Part shown: positions 53,990-63,812 of the stretch, one piece after another
Position numbering within the stretch: the stretch's first letter is position 1
How the letters are laid out: each line of letters begins with the position of its first letter
Assembly (NCBI GenBank): GCA_036521415.1
Contig: DATDHU010000154.1
Coordinates: 10,741 to 74,740, forward strand
Length of the DNA: 64,000 nucleotides
DNA from: Acidimicrobiales bacterium
GTDB lineage: Bacteria > Actinomycetota > Acidimicrobiia > Acidimicrobiales > RAAP-2
Reading direction: 5' to 3'
Notes under the pieces: model-generated
What the model was told of the DNA's origin: nothing
What the model saw: the letters and a program-made list of their open reading frames with translations, nothing else
Database searches by the model: none
Program-made: the position numbers and the translations under genes

Positions 53990-55185
53990 CAGAACGCCTC
54001 GGCGCTGTACACCACGGCGCCGCCGAAATGGGGCGAGGAATGACAAGCGACGCCGATCGTGGCCTCCTGGCGTTGGCGTTCGAACGCCCGTCGGGAGAGT
54101 TGCAGGTAGCACTCCAGCATCTGGGGAACACCGTGCATCCTTCCGTTCCCGAGGGCGCCACCCCCCGAGAGTGCCGGGAGCGCCCCGGGTCGATCGCTGT
54201 CGAGCCCCCCTTCCAGGGCGAGGCAATGAGCCTCTCCGACGGGGCAGAAACCCAGGGCTTCCAGCCAGAAATACACAAACGGAGAAAAGCCGTCATAGAC
54301 CTGGGGCAGGTCCACTTCGGCCGGCCCCACGCCCGCCGATTCCCACAGACGCCGGGCGGTCTCACTCCCGACACCCATGATGTCGTCGAGGGGCCAATGC
54401 AGCGGAAGCCGCGGTGTCACCGGCGCTCCGGTGGCATAACCCGAGACGTAGACAGGCGGATGGGGCAGGTCTTTGGCCCGCTCCGCCGAGGTGAAGACGA
54501 AGGCGGCAACTCCGTCGATGGGAATGTCGCAATCGTAGCGACAGATGGGGTCGTTGATCATCGGAGCGGCGAGGTACTCCGCCTCGCTCAGCGGCCGGTC
54601 CCGCCAGTAGGACCACGGGATCCGGGCACCGTTCTTGCGCGCCTCCACCAGCACCGCGGCCATGGCCTCTCTGGACGCCCCGTAGCGCTGGAGGTACTCG
54701 TTGTAGGCCAGGGCGATCATGGCCAGGGGGCCGAAGTAACCCTGCGGGACGATCCATTGCTGGCTCCCACGAACCTCGCTCATCTCGTTGGCGTGGTAAC
54801 TACCTCGGGGATTGTGCAGGGCCCGATGGACGAGCACGTGGTCGGCCGCACCGCTGGCCACGGCATTGACGGCCATGGACACCGCCCCGGGTATCTGTCC
54901 GAAGCCCTGAAAGCCGGCGGCATAGCGAGGGTTGACGCCCAGGTGCGCAGCCAACCAGTTGGCCGTGACCACGCTGACGCCATCTTCAAGAGCGTGGCTG
55001 CCCGCGGTTGGAAAAAGACTGCCGGTCACGAATCCGTCAACGTGATCGAGGCCGGCATCAGCTATGGCGTGGCGCGCCGTGTCAACGGCCAGCACACCAA
55101 GAGACTGTTCGGCATGCCGTTCGATGGGGCTCTGGGCGTAGCCCACGATCGCCACCTTGTTACCGGCGGCGAACCGTCCGCTCAT
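53989..55185 (-). CDS. thiolase-like lipid-transfer protein (SCP-x type, partner of a DUF35 protein)
   Basis: ORF trimmed to ATG 55185 (MSGRFAAGNKVAIVGYAQSP..). Has a thiolase C-terminal-like GGGALGNGRMHG. ATGA overlap with the upstream DUF35 gene. Confidence 0.75.
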   Translation of the reverse strand: MSGRFAAGNKVAIVGYAQSPIERHAEQSLGVLAVDTARHAIADAGLDHVDGFVTGSLFPTAGSHALEDGVSVVTANWLAAHLGVNPRYAAGFQGFGQIPGAVSMAVNAVASGAADHVLVHRALHNPRGSYHANEMSEVRGSQQWIVPQGYFGPLAMIALAYNEYLQRYGASREAMAAVLVEARKNGARIPWSYWRDRPLSEAEYLAAPMINDPICRYDCDIPIDGVAAFVFTSAERAKDLPHPPVYVSGYATGAPVTPRLPLHWPLDDIMGVGSETARRLWESAGVGPAEVDLPQVYDGFSPFVYFWLEALGFCPVGEAHCLALEGGLDSDRPGALPALSGGGALGNGRMHGVPQMLECYLQLSRRAFERQRQEATIGVACHSSPHFGGAVVYSAEAF

Positions 55186-55610
55186 CGGTTTCCCTCGAGG
55201 ACGAAGGCCGGTACGGCAATGTCCGAGGTGAGCTTCTCGAATGTGGCCTGTACCGACGCACCAATCTGGAGGTCGACATCGGGGCCGCCCACCAGACGAC
55301 CGATGATCCGGAGGTCGGGCTGTTCCACCAGCTCCACATCGACCAACAGGAAGGGCACGTCGTCGTCGAATCCGGGCAGAAAGGATTGGCGCATCACCGT
55401 CCACGATCGAACCGTTCCCCGGCCACTGACCGGCGTGAAGGCGAACGCCGGCTCGGTGCTGTGGCAATGGGGACAGACGACGTCGGGTGGGTGGCTGAAC
55501 GACTGACAGCGGGAGCACCGGGCCACGGTGAGGATCCCTTGGGCAGCAGCCCTCCAAAACGGAGAAGATTGCTCGTCAGGTATAGGGAGAAGCCGTTTGA
55601 GCGTGGTCAA
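55182..55610 (-). CDS. Zn-ribbon/OB-fold protein (DUF35 family)
   Basis: FWRAAAQGILTVARCSRCQSFSHPP..CPHCHS, then an OB-fold; 142 aa. Confidence 0.8.
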   Translation of the reverse strand: MTTLKRLLPIPDEQSSPFWRAAAQGILTVARCSRCQSFSHPPDVVCPHCHSTEPAFAFTPVSGRGTVRSWTVMRQSFLPGFDDDVPFLLVDVELVEQPDLRIIGRLVGGPDVDLQIGASVQATFEKLTSDIAVPAFVLEGNR

Positions 55611-56839
55611 AGGATGACCTCAGCCTCCTTGAGCCCGATGATCTCGTCCCATTCGTAGCCCAGTTCGACCAGCACGGCCTCAGTGTCCTCGCCGTGCTCC
55701 GGGGCTCGTCTGAGTGGGGGAGACTCTCCGTCGAACTGTACGGGTACGGCAGGTAGGCGGTAGAGCGATTCGCCGTCGACCACCACGTCGCCCACGTAAC
55801 CGTTGGCCGCCACTTGGGGATCGTCGAGCAACTCCGGGACCGATTGCACCGGCGCCCAGGGCGCGTCCAACCGGCCGAGTACTTCCTTCCACTCGGTAAA
55901 GGTACGTTTGGCGAATTCGCCATCGAGCTCGGCTACACAGGCCTCGGCGTTCTGGGCCCGGGCTCGCATGGTGGCAAAGCGGGGGTCGTCAACGAGGTCG
56001 GGGCGGCCAATGACGGGGCAGAAGTCGGGCCAGTAGCGATCGGCCTCGAGGAACACGAGCTGGATGTGGCGCCCGTCCTTCGTCCGGTACATGCCCACAA
56101 CGGGGTTGATGGGAACCCCTCGACCGCTCGCCGCCTTCGGTTCGTCACCATCGAGGGCGGCGAGCAAATCGGAGGACAGCGTCCACATGGCCGTGGCCAA
56201 CAGTGAAACGTCGACCACTGATCCCGTCCCGGTTCGGGCCCGCTTGAGCAGAGCCCCGGCGACGCCAAAGGCCAAAGCCATCGCCCCGTTCCGGTCACCC
56301 ATGGCCCCCCGCTGGCCGATGGGGTAGTCCCGCTCCGGGGGGGTGAGCATGTGGGCCAAGCCCCCTCGAGACCAAAAGGCCGAGGCGTCGTAGCCCGCTT
56401 GATCGGCGTCGGGGCCACGTACCCCGTACCCGTGTCCCCGGGCGTAGATGAGGGTCGGATACCGATCGGTCAACGACTCGGCATCGAGGCCCAGCCGCTG
56501 CAACGCCTTCGGGCGCATGTTGGTGAGGAACACGTCGGCCGAGCTGAGCAACCGGTGCAGGGCCTCCATTCCTTCGTCGAGTTTGATGTTGAGGGCCACC
56601 GAGCGCTTGCCTCGGTTGGCCAGGGCCAGCGACAGGTTCACGCCCCCTCGGTCGCTGCCTATCCCCTGGGTCACCAGACCCCGGTAGGGATCGCCCTGCG
56701 TGCTCTCGATGTGGATCACGTCCGCACCCCAGTCGGCGAGAAGGGCGCCGGCGACAGGCACGAAGACCCATTGGGCCAACTCCACCACCCGCACGCCGTC
56801 GAAGGGGCCCTCACTCATCGTCTGCTCCGTCTCGTCCAT
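55607..56839 (-). CDS. CoA transferase, family III (CaiB/BaiF)
   Basis: FDGVRVVELAQWVFVPVAGALLADWGADVIHIE, GRH.; 410 aa. Confidence 0.88.
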   Translation of the reverse strand: MDETEQTMSEGPFDGVRVVELAQWVFVPVAGALLADWGADVIHIESTQGDPYRGLVTQGIGSDRGGVNLSLALANRGKRSVALNIKLDEGMEALHRLLSSADVFLTNMRPKALQRLGLDAESLTDRYPTLIYARGHGYGVRGPDADQAGYDASAFWSRGGLAHMLTPPERDYPIGQRGAMGDRNGAMALAFGVAGALLKRARTGTGSVVDVSLLATAMWTLSSDLLAALDGDEPKAASGRGVPINPVVGMYRTKDGRHIQLVFLEADRYWPDFCPVIGRPDLVDDPRFATMRARAQNAEACVAELDGEFAKRTFTEWKEVLGRLDAPWAPVQSVPELLDDPQVAANGYVGDVVVDGESLYRLPAVPVQFDGESPPLRRAPEHGEDTEAVLVELGYEWDEIIGLKEAEVIL

Positions 56840-56844
56840 CTCGT

Positions 56845-57282
56845 CTAGGTCGTCGGCGTCAGCACGACGAGCGGGATGTCCCGGTCGGTCCGGGACTGGT
56901 ACACGTCATAATTCGGCCAGGCATCGGTCATGATCTTCCACAGGCCCGGTTTCTCGTCGGGCGAGGCCGTGCGGGCGATGACCGGGATGTGGTCGGCCCG
57001 CACCTGGATCTCCGCATCCGGCCTGTCCAAAAGATTGAGGTACCAGTTCGGATGGCTCGGCGCTCCGCCCTGCGAGGCGATGACCAGGTAGTCGTCACCG
57101 TGGCGGCCGAAGATCAAGGCAGACGTCCTAGGGCTCCCACTGCGACGTCCCGTGGTGGTGAGGAGGAGTGCGGTGACGCCGTTCCACTCGTAGCCGACCT
57201 CCCCACCGGTCTCCCGGTAGCGCCGGACATGCTCCGCCCCAACCAGATCGAGGTCGGGACTTCGGTACTCAGCCTCACTCAT
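56845..57282 (-). CDS. deazaflavin (F420)-dependent nitroreductase family protein (Ddn-like)
   Basis: LLTTTGRRSGSPRTSALIFG, VIASQGGAPSHPNWYLNL, IPLVVLTP. Confidence 0.85.
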   Translation of the reverse strand: MSEAEYRSPDLDLVGAEHVRRYRETGGEVGYEWNGVTALLLTTTGRRSGSPRTSALIFGRHGDDYLVIASQGGAPSHPNWYLNLLDRPDAEIQVRADHIPVIARTASPDEKPGLWKIMTDAWPNYDVYQSRTDRDIPLVVLTPTT

Positions 57283-57294
57283 GAACAGGTCCTC

Positions 57295-58545
57295 TCATCC
57301 AAATATGACAGGGATGGCGGTGGCCCCCCGCTCGTAGAGTCCGATGAACCCGGGCGGTTCGGCGTCGGGGTCGAGACGCAGGTTCGGGAGCCGGTCCAAG
57401 AGCGCACCGATCGCTACGGTCATCTCCGCTCGGGCGACGTGTTGGCCCAGGCAGGCATGGGGACCACTGCCGAAGCCCAGCGTGGGCTTGAGCGGTCGAA
57501 ATGCATCATATGCATCGGCACGCTCCCAGCGCTCCGGGTCCCGGTTGGCCGCACCGACGCAGATGTGCAGCACGGCACCCTCGGGGAGGTGGACACCGTG
57601 AAAGTCGGTGTCCTCAGTGACCCAGCGGGAGAACATGGGGTCGGTCGGCATCCAGCGCACCGACTCCTCGATGGCCGGCCGGAGAAGCGTCCGGTCCTCG
57701 CTCACCGCCTTGAGGACCTCCGGTCGCTGCAGGAGGGCGGCAAGGGTGATGCCCATCTGCTTCCAGGTGGTCCCAGAGCCCGCCGCCAGCAACAGCATGG
57801 CGAACGAATAGATCTCGGCGTCACTCAGGCGATGGGTCCCGCCGCTCTCGTCGGTGATCTCCGATTCGACCAGGACGCTGATGAGGTCGTTCTCAGGCTT
57901 CTCGCGCCGAGCGGCGACGATCGGCTTGATGATGTCCACCACCTCGTCCGGGCGCCCGAGCGATTCACGAATGTCCAATGCCTGCTCGACGGGAACGCCG
58001 AAGCTTCCGGTGATGGTGAGGACGGGGATGGCCGCGCAGAACTCGACGTTCAGCTCGGCCCGGCCGTTCGCCTCGAAGGAATCGATCAAGGCGCGGACCG
58101 TCTGCTCGATCCAGTTCTCGATCCACCACCGACTGCGACCGGGGGCGAAGGACGGCTGTACCAACGCCCGATACCGGCGGTGCTGCGTGCCCCCCATCGA
58201 CAGCATGCTGTTGATGGCGCTGATCTCACCGTTTTCCAGATCTACCACCTCAGCCGAGGAGGCAAAGATCTTGTCATTGCGGTACGCAGCATCGCAGGCG
58301 GCCCAGCTGAAGGCGGAGAAATGCGGCCGGTCAGGGTAGGGAAGGCCGTGGAAGAAGAGGTCATCGGAGATGCCCGTGAGCTCGTGGACCACGCCGGGCT
58401 GAACGGACGCTTGGCTGCGCAGGGCGTGCCAGCTCGGGTAGGGATCGTCGGTGTAGCCGCCTCCCGTCCAGGTCATGAAGCTCCCGGCCAGGTCGAAGAG
58501 CTCCCGCACGCGGTCGAGATCGAGGATCGGCGTGATTTCGCTCAT
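57295..58545 (-). CDS. cytochrome P450
   Basis: Heme loop FGSGPHACLGQHVA, I-helix LLLAAGSGTT, ExxR ESVR. Confidence 0.92.
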   Translation of the reverse strand: MSEITPILDLDRVRELFDLAGSFMTWTGGGYTDDPYPSWHALRSQASVQPGVVHELTGISDDLFFHGLPYPDRPHFSAFSWAACDAAYRNDKIFASSAEVVDLENGEISAINSMLSMGGTQHRRYRALVQPSFAPGRSRWWIENWIEQTVRALIDSFEANGRAELNVEFCAAIPVLTITGSFGVPVEQALDIRESLGRPDEVVDIIKPIVAARREKPENDLISVLVESEITDESGGTHRLSDAEIYSFAMLLLAAGSGTTWKQMGITLAALLQRPEVLKAVSEDRTLLRPAIEESVRWMPTDPMFSRWVTEDTDFHGVHLPEGAVLHICVGAANRDPERWERADAYDAFRPLKPTLGFGSGPHACLGQHVARAEMTVAIGALLDRLPNLRLDPDAEPPGFIGLYERGATAIPVIFG

Positions 58546-59327
58546 TGCGCCACGTACCCCCCGTCCAACGGGAGCAGGACTCCGCTGACGTTGTCGGCGC
58601 GGTCAGAGACCAGATACACGGCGGCCTCGGCGCAATCCTCTGCTGTGATCGGCCGGCCCAACGGGTGCATCGCCCCGGACTGCCTACCCAGCTGGTCTCT
58701 ATCGACGTTGGCCGTGTCCATGCCGCCGGCGGCCATGAAGTTGGTGAACGGCATGGCTGCCGGGCATATTGCGTTGGCCCGGATCCCGAACGGGGCGCCC
58801 TCGATGGCCACGGCCCGGGTGAGCTGGTGAATCGCCCCTTTGGTCGCGCCGTATACGGAACCGCCCCAACCGACGAGGCCGGCCACGGAACCGGTGTTCA
58901 GGATCACGCCGGCACTCTCCTGGCGCTTGAACTGGATCACGGCGTGCTTGGACCCGAGGAAGACGCCACGGAAGTTGATGCCCACCAGGCGATCGAAGTC
59001 CTCGACGGTGTGATCCTCGAGCTTGGCTCCCAGGCGGGGGGTGGGAACGCCCACGTTGTTGAACATGATGTCCAGACGACCGAACCGGTCAACGGTGGTG
59101 GCGATGGCGGAAACGACGTCGTCCTCCACTGACACGTCGCTACGTTCGGCGACAGCCACCCCGCCGGCCGCCTCGACCAGCGCGACCGTCTCCTTGGCCC
59201 GGTCCAGATCTATGTCGACGCAGACCACGCGCGCGCCCTCTTCGGCGAAGCGCAGACAGGAGGCTCGCCCCACCCCCGAACCGCCGCCGGTAATGACAGC
59301 CGCTTTTCCCTCGAGCAATGTCGGCAA
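58542..59327 (-). CDS. SDR family oxidoreductase
   Basis: AAVITGGGSGVGRA, NNVG, YGATKGA. Confidence 0.88.
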   Translation of the reverse strand: MPTLLEGKAAVITGGGSGVGRASCLRFAEEGARVVCVDIDLDRAKETVALVEAAGGVAVAERSDVSVEDDVVSAIATTVDRFGRLDIMFNNVGVPTPRLGAKLEDHTVEDFDRLVGINFRGVFLGSKHAVIQFKRQESAGVILNTGSVAGLVGWGGSVYGATKGAIHQLTRAVAIEGAPFGIRANAICPAAMPFTNFMAAGGMDTANVDRDQLGRQSGAMHPLGRPITAEDCAEAAVYLVSDRADNVSGVLLPLDGGYVAQ

Positions 59328-59328
59328 C

Positions 59329-59550
59329 TCATACTCCCTTGTCGTTGCGGGCGAAGCTCAACGCACCAGTGGGACAGGCCTCGACGGCGATACTGACTTG
59401 CTCGACCCGGTCGCCTGCACGGGCGGTCACGATCGCCTTGTTCTCCTCATCCTGGGCAAAGGTGTTCGGGGCGTACATGGTGCACATCCCGGTGCCCGTG
59501 CACAGATCCCGGTCAACGCGGACGATCGGATCCTCCCGATGGTCAGGCAC
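59329..59550 (-). CDS. ferredoxin (small, P450-associated)
   Basis: 73 aa. CTGTGMC..(A)P and ..ACP cysteine pattern; directly upstream of the SDR and P450 genes. Confidence 0.8.
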   Translation of the reverse strand: MPDHREDPIVRVDRDLCTGTGMCTMYAPNTFAQDEENKAIVTARAGDRVEQVSIAVEACPTGALSFARNDKGV

Positions 59551-60769
59551 GAACCGGTACGGGGGGCTCGGCGGGAGTGAACCGGTAGAGCTTCTCGGCG
59601 TTGCCCCGCAAGAGCTTGTACTGGACCTCAGGGGACAGGTCGCCGATCAGCTTCTTCACGACACTGATGCAGTTCGGCCAAGTGGAGTCGGAGTGGGGGT
59701 AGTCCGTCTCGCACATGATGTTGTCCTCACCGATCTCGCCGATGCTGGCTATCCCGTGGTAGTCCTCGATGAAGCAACCGAACACGTGGTCTCGGAACAA
59801 TTCGCGGATGTTGATCGTGTTGAGGTCCACATCCGTCGCGGCGTGCTCCATGAACGTCACGCCTCGTTGCACCCAGAAGCGCTGCTTGTCCAACACCTGC
59901 TCGGCCCGCTCGAGGAAGTACGGCATCCATCCGATCTCCCCTTCCGACAGGGCGATCTTCAAGCCGGGGAAGCGGGTGAACATCCCACTGAACAGCCACG
60001 ACAGCATGGCCCCCGAGGTGCGGACCGCCCCCCAGGCCAGGTTGGCCATGAACGGAGAGTCCGGCGCGATCTGGGGCACCTGGGACGAGGACCCGACATG
60101 CATGGAGACCACCATCTCCAGTTCGGAGGCGGCGGACATGACCGGATCCCAGTAGCGGTCCCGGTCATGGATCGTAGGCAGACCCAGAGGGGCCGGGTTC
60201 TCCGAGAAGGCTAAGGCCGTGGCCCCCTTGGCCGCGCAGCGCTCCATCTCCTTTGCCGCCAACGGTGGGTCCCACATCGGGATCAGGATCAGCGGGATGT
60301 AACGTCCGGGCGCCGCCCCGCACCACTCCTCGATCATCCAGTCGTTGTACGCCTGCAGGCACACGAAGGCGAACTCACGGTCACTGGCCTCCATGAACAA
60401 CTGTCCGCAGAACCGCGTCACCGTCGGGAAGCACAGCGAAGCCAGGATGCCGGCCCGGTCCATGTCCTCGATCCGCGCGTTGGAGTCGTAACAACCCGGC
60501 CTCATCTCGGCGTACGTCACCGGTTCGGGGCTGAACTCCTCCTTCGACTTGCCCGCCACCGCGCTCAATCCGGAGCTGGGATAGCGCTTGCCGTCGTAGA
60601 CCCAGAACTCCATATCGCCCTCGACGACTTGGTGTGGCGCTCGGTCACGGTCTTTGGCTGCTACCCGGTCGGTCCACAGATGCCCTGGCTCCAACACGTG
60701 GTCATCCACCGAAATGAGCCAATCCAAATTCAGTTCTGACGTCACAATCCCTCCCTTGCCCGAGCTCAT
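59543..60769 (-). CDS. amidohydrolase family protein (amidohydrolase_2/ACMSD-like)
   Basis: ISVDDHVLEP.., CETDYPHSDSTWP; 408 aa. Confidence 0.8.
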   Translation of the reverse strand: MSSGKGGIVTSELNLDWLISVDDHVLEPGHLWTDRVAAKDRDRAPHQVVEGDMEFWVYDGKRYPSSGLSAVAGKSKEEFSPEPVTYAEMRPGCYDSNARIEDMDRAGILASLCFPTVTRFCGQLFMEASDREFAFVCLQAYNDWMIEEWCGAAPGRYIPLILIPMWDPPLAAKEMERCAAKGATALAFSENPAPLGLPTIHDRDRYWDPVMSAASELEMVVSMHVGSSSQVPQIAPDSPFMANLAWGAVRTSGAMLSWLFSGMFTRFPGLKIALSEGEIGWMPYFLERAEQVLDKQRFWVQRGVTFMEHAATDVDLNTINIRELFRDHVFGCFIEDYHGIASIGEIGEDNIMCETDYPHSDSTWPNCISVVKKLIGDLSPEVQYKLLRGNAEKLYRFTPAEPPVPVRA

Positions 60770-62244
60770 GTGGCGAGCTCGCCGATGGACACGTGCTTCA
60801 CTTCCTGAAAGGCGCGGATGCCGTCGATGCCGCGCTCACGACCGAGGCCGCTCTGTTTGTAGCCGCCACTCGGGGCATAGGCGCTGAACATGCCGGTGTT
60901 GACGTTGACCGCTCCCGTGCGCAGCCGTCTGGCCACCGCGGTGGCGGCCGAGGCGTCGGCCCCGTACACCTGCCCGGACAACCCGTAGATCGACTCGTTG
61001 GCCATCTGCACGGCGTGGTCGATATCGCGGTAGCCGATCACCCCGATCACCGGACCGAAGATCTCCTCTTGGGCGGCGGGATTGGTATTGTCGGGCAGGT
61101 CGAGGACCGTCGGCTCGAAGTAGTAGCCACGGTCGAGTCCGTCGGGGCGGCCACCGCCGTGTCCCACCTTTCCCCCGTGCTCTTCGGCCAGGGCGACGAA
61201 TCGCTCGCACCGTTCCCGCTGGGCCGCGCTGATCACCGGTCCCATGAGCGCCGTCGGGTCGCTGGGCGGGCCAACCGTTATTCCCGCGTAGGCCTTGGTC
61301 ACCGCGTCCAGCACTTCGTCTTTTTGCGCTTGGGGGACGAACATACGGGTGGCAGCCACACAGGCTTGGCCCGCGGTCATGGCCACGACGGCGGCCGCCC
61401 CCGCCCCGGCACGACCCACAGCGTCGGGCAGGTAGATCTGGGCCGACTTCCCTCCCAGCTCCAGGGCCACTCGTTTCACGGTGAGCGCCGCTTGAGCCAG
61501 GATCTGTCGGCCGACCGCGGTGGAACCGGTGAAGGACACCATGTCCACGCCGGGATCGGAGGTGAGGATCTCCGCGCCCGCGGAACCCGACTCGACCACA
61601 ACGCTGAGCACCCCGTCGGGGAGTCCCGCCGCCTCGGCCGCGGCGCCGAACGCGAGCGACGAGAAAGGAGTCAACGGGCTCGGCCGGAGGATCACCGAGT
61701 TCCCGGCCATGAGAGCAGGGATGAGCTTCTGGAAGGCCATGATCACTGCGCCGTTATAAGGAGTGATGGCGCTGACGACGCCAACGGGCTCGAAGCGCCG
61801 GATGCTGATGGCTACCCGGCCCCGGACCAGCTCGTCGACGGGGACGGGGTTCGCCTCTTCCTCGGCCAGCGAGAGAAAGAGGTCGATGGTGTTGCGGGCC
61901 AGCGTGACGCCTGCGGAGAACTGTGCCATCTCGGCGAACATCCGGGGTTGGCCCGCCTCGGCCACCATGGTGGCGATGAACGGCTCCCGCACCGATTCCA
62001 GGTAGTCGACGAAGACGTGAAGTACCTTCGCCCGTTCTCTGGCTGCGAGGTGGGCCCACCCGCCATCATCGAAGCTCAGACGTGCTTCTGCGACAGCTCG
62101 CCGGATCTCCTCCAACGGAGTGGTCGAGAGTTCGCACACCAGGGTCTCGTCGGCCGGATTCTCCACCGCCAACCCCTCGCCGCCGTCGATCCAGCGGCCG
62201 GCCACATAGGACCCACGCTGGGTGAGGAGGTCAGGAGCGGTCAT
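60766..62244 (-). CDS. aldehyde dehydrogenase family protein
   Basis: FTGSTAVG, ELGGKSA, catalytic Cys region AGQACVA, EEIFGPV. Confidence 0.9.
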   Translation of the reverse strand: MTAPDLLTQRGSYVAGRWIDGGEGLAVENPADETLVCELSTTPLEEIRRAVAEARLSFDDGGWAHLAARERAKVLHVFVDYLESVREPFIATMVAEAGQPRMFAEMAQFSAGVTLARNTIDLFLSLAEEEANPVPVDELVRGRVAISIRRFEPVGVVSAITPYNGAVIMAFQKLIPALMAGNSVILRPSPLTPFSSLAFGAAAEAAGLPDGVLSVVVESGSAGAEILTSDPGVDMVSFTGSTAVGRQILAQAALTVKRVALELGGKSAQIYLPDAVGRAGAGAAAVVAMTAGQACVAATRMFVPQAQKDEVLDAVTKAYAGITVGPPSDPTALMGPVISAAQRERCERFVALAEEHGGKVGHGGGRPDGLDRGYYFEPTVLDLPDNTNPAAQEEIFGPVIGVIGYRDIDHAVQMANESIYGLSGQVYGADASAATAVARRLRTGAVNVNTGMFSAYAPSGGYKQSGLGRERGIDGIRAFQEVKHVSIGELAT

Positions 62245-62373
62245 GCGGAGTGGAACTAGGGTAGATTAGCATTCTACTTGAAGACTATATCTAGTTGTGG
62301 TCCACAAATCCAGACGTTTGAGCGACCTCGCAACCATCGACGTCGAGAGACATCCGGCAAGGAGATCGAGCCC

Positions 62374-63498
62374 ATGTTGACAAGAGCGGCTGTGCTGTTC
62401 AGTGCCCCGGGCAAGTGGGAAATTGCGGAGCTCGAGCTCGAGCCTCCTCGCCAGGGGGAGCTCCTCATCAAGATGGCCGCCGCTGGACTGTGCCATTCGG
62501 ACGATCACATGTTGACCGGCGATCTTCCCATCCCCCCAGGAGCTCTACCGGTGGCAGGTGGCCACGAGGGAGCCGGTGTCGTAGCCGAGATCGGTCCCAA
62601 CACGCCCGGTTGGAAGGTGGGTGACCATGTGGTGCTGACGTTCCTCCCTATGTGCGGCCTTTGCCGATGGTGTGCCTCGGGCATGCAGAACCTCTGCGAC
62701 AACGGAGCGCGCATACTGGCCGGAGTCCGAGAGGACGGCAGCCGCCGCATGACCCTGGACGGCAAGCCCGTGGGTCAGGGTGCGGGGGTGTCGACCTTCA
62801 GCGAATGGTCGACCGTGTCGGTCCAGTCGGCGATCAAGTGCCCGGACGACGTTTCCCTCGATGCGGCCTGTTTGACCAGTTGCGGCGTGGGCACCGGGTG
62901 GGGATCGGCGGTCCGGTCGGCCGACGTGCGGGTGGGTGACGTGGTCATTGTCATGGGCGTCGGGGGTATCGGCATGAACGCAGTACAAGGAGCCGCTCAT
63001 GCCGGTGCGTCCGTGGTCATCGCCGTCGACCCCGTGGAGATGAAACGGACGGCGTCGATGGGGTTCGGCGCGACCCATGCGGTGGCGACCATGGACGAGG
63101 CCACCGAGATCGCTCAGAGCTTCACCAACGGCCAAGGCGCCGACTCATGCATGGTGTGCATCGGGGTGACCACCGGGGATCACGTCGCCCAGGCGGTGGA
63201 AGCAATCCGCAAGGCCGGGACCTGCGTGCTCACCGGGCTTCCGCGCGCTGCCGATGACGTCAGCCTCCCCATCTCCCTCCGCCACATCGTCCTCTATCAA
63301 AAGCGCCTCCAGGGGTCCCTATTCGGTGCCTCGAGCCCGTCCAAGGAAATTCCCGCCTTGCTCGACCTCTACCGGATGGGTCGGCTGCAGCTCGATGAGC
63401 TGATTACCCGGCGGTACAGCCTGGAGTCCATCAACGATGGCTTCGAGGACATGCGGGCCGGTCGAAATATTCGCGGCGTCGTCGCCTACCCGACCTGA
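62374..63498 (+). CDS. zinc-dependent alcohol dehydrogenase (class III / NDMA-dependent-like)
   Basis: AAGGAG lies upstream of ATG 62374. GLCHSDDH, GHEGAGVV, CGLCRWCASG, VMGVGGIG. Confidence 0.88.
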   Translation: MLTRAAVLFSAPGKWEIAELELEPPRQGELLIKMAAAGLCHSDDHMLTGDLPIPPGALPVAGGHEGAGVVAEIGPNTPGWKVGDHVVLTFLPMCGLCRWCASGMQNLCDNGARILAGVREDGSRRMTLDGKPVGQGAGVSTFSEWSTVSVQSAIKCPDDVSLDAACLTSCGVGTGWGSAVRSADVRVGDVVIVMGVGGIGMNAVQGAAHAGASVVIAVDPVEMKRTASMGFGATHAVATMDEATEIAQSFTNGQGADSCMVCIGVTTGDHVAQAVEAIRKAGTCVLTGLPRAADDVSLPISLRHIVLYQKRLQGSLFGASSPSKEIPALLDLYRMGRLQLDELITRRYSLESINDGFEDMRAGRNIRGVVAYPT

Positions 63499-63533
63499 GC
63501 GAAGTCCCAACAGCAGTCGGCGGAGGCCACCGG

Positions 63534-63758
63534 GTGGCCGGGAGCGATGGGTGGCGTAGCGTGGGCGGCATGACCGATCAACCAGATCTCGGCGACGCGG
63601 AGGGTGAGTGGTACTACTGCTTCAAGCACAAGAAGGTTGAAACCAGAGACGAATGCCACCAGATGGACCGAATGGGGCCCTACAGGACGAAGGAGGACGC
63701 GGAGCACTGGCGGGAGCACGTGGCCGAGCGCAATAAGGAATGGGACGACGACGAGTAG
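63534..63758 (+). CDS. small conserved-looking hypothetical protein
   Basis: ..GEWYYCFKHKKVE..C...DRMGPYRTKEDAEHWRE..ERNKEWDDDE. The start may be ATG 63570 (MTDQPD..). Confidence 0.5.
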   Translation: MAGSDGWRSVGGMTDQPDLGDAEGEWYYCFKHKKVETRDECHQMDRMGPYRTKEDAEHWREHVAERNKEWDDDE

Positions 63759-63812
63759 GGCCCAACCGTCGGGCGAATTGGCCAAGACCCGATTCGATGT
63801 GGCCTGAAACGG

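Noticed and set aside
56989-62259. Plus-strand ORFs 56989..58830 (613 aa) and 60793..62259 (488 aa)
   Set aside because: They are antisense to the P450/SDR genes and to the aldehyde dehydrogenase gene respectively. These are shadow ORFs.
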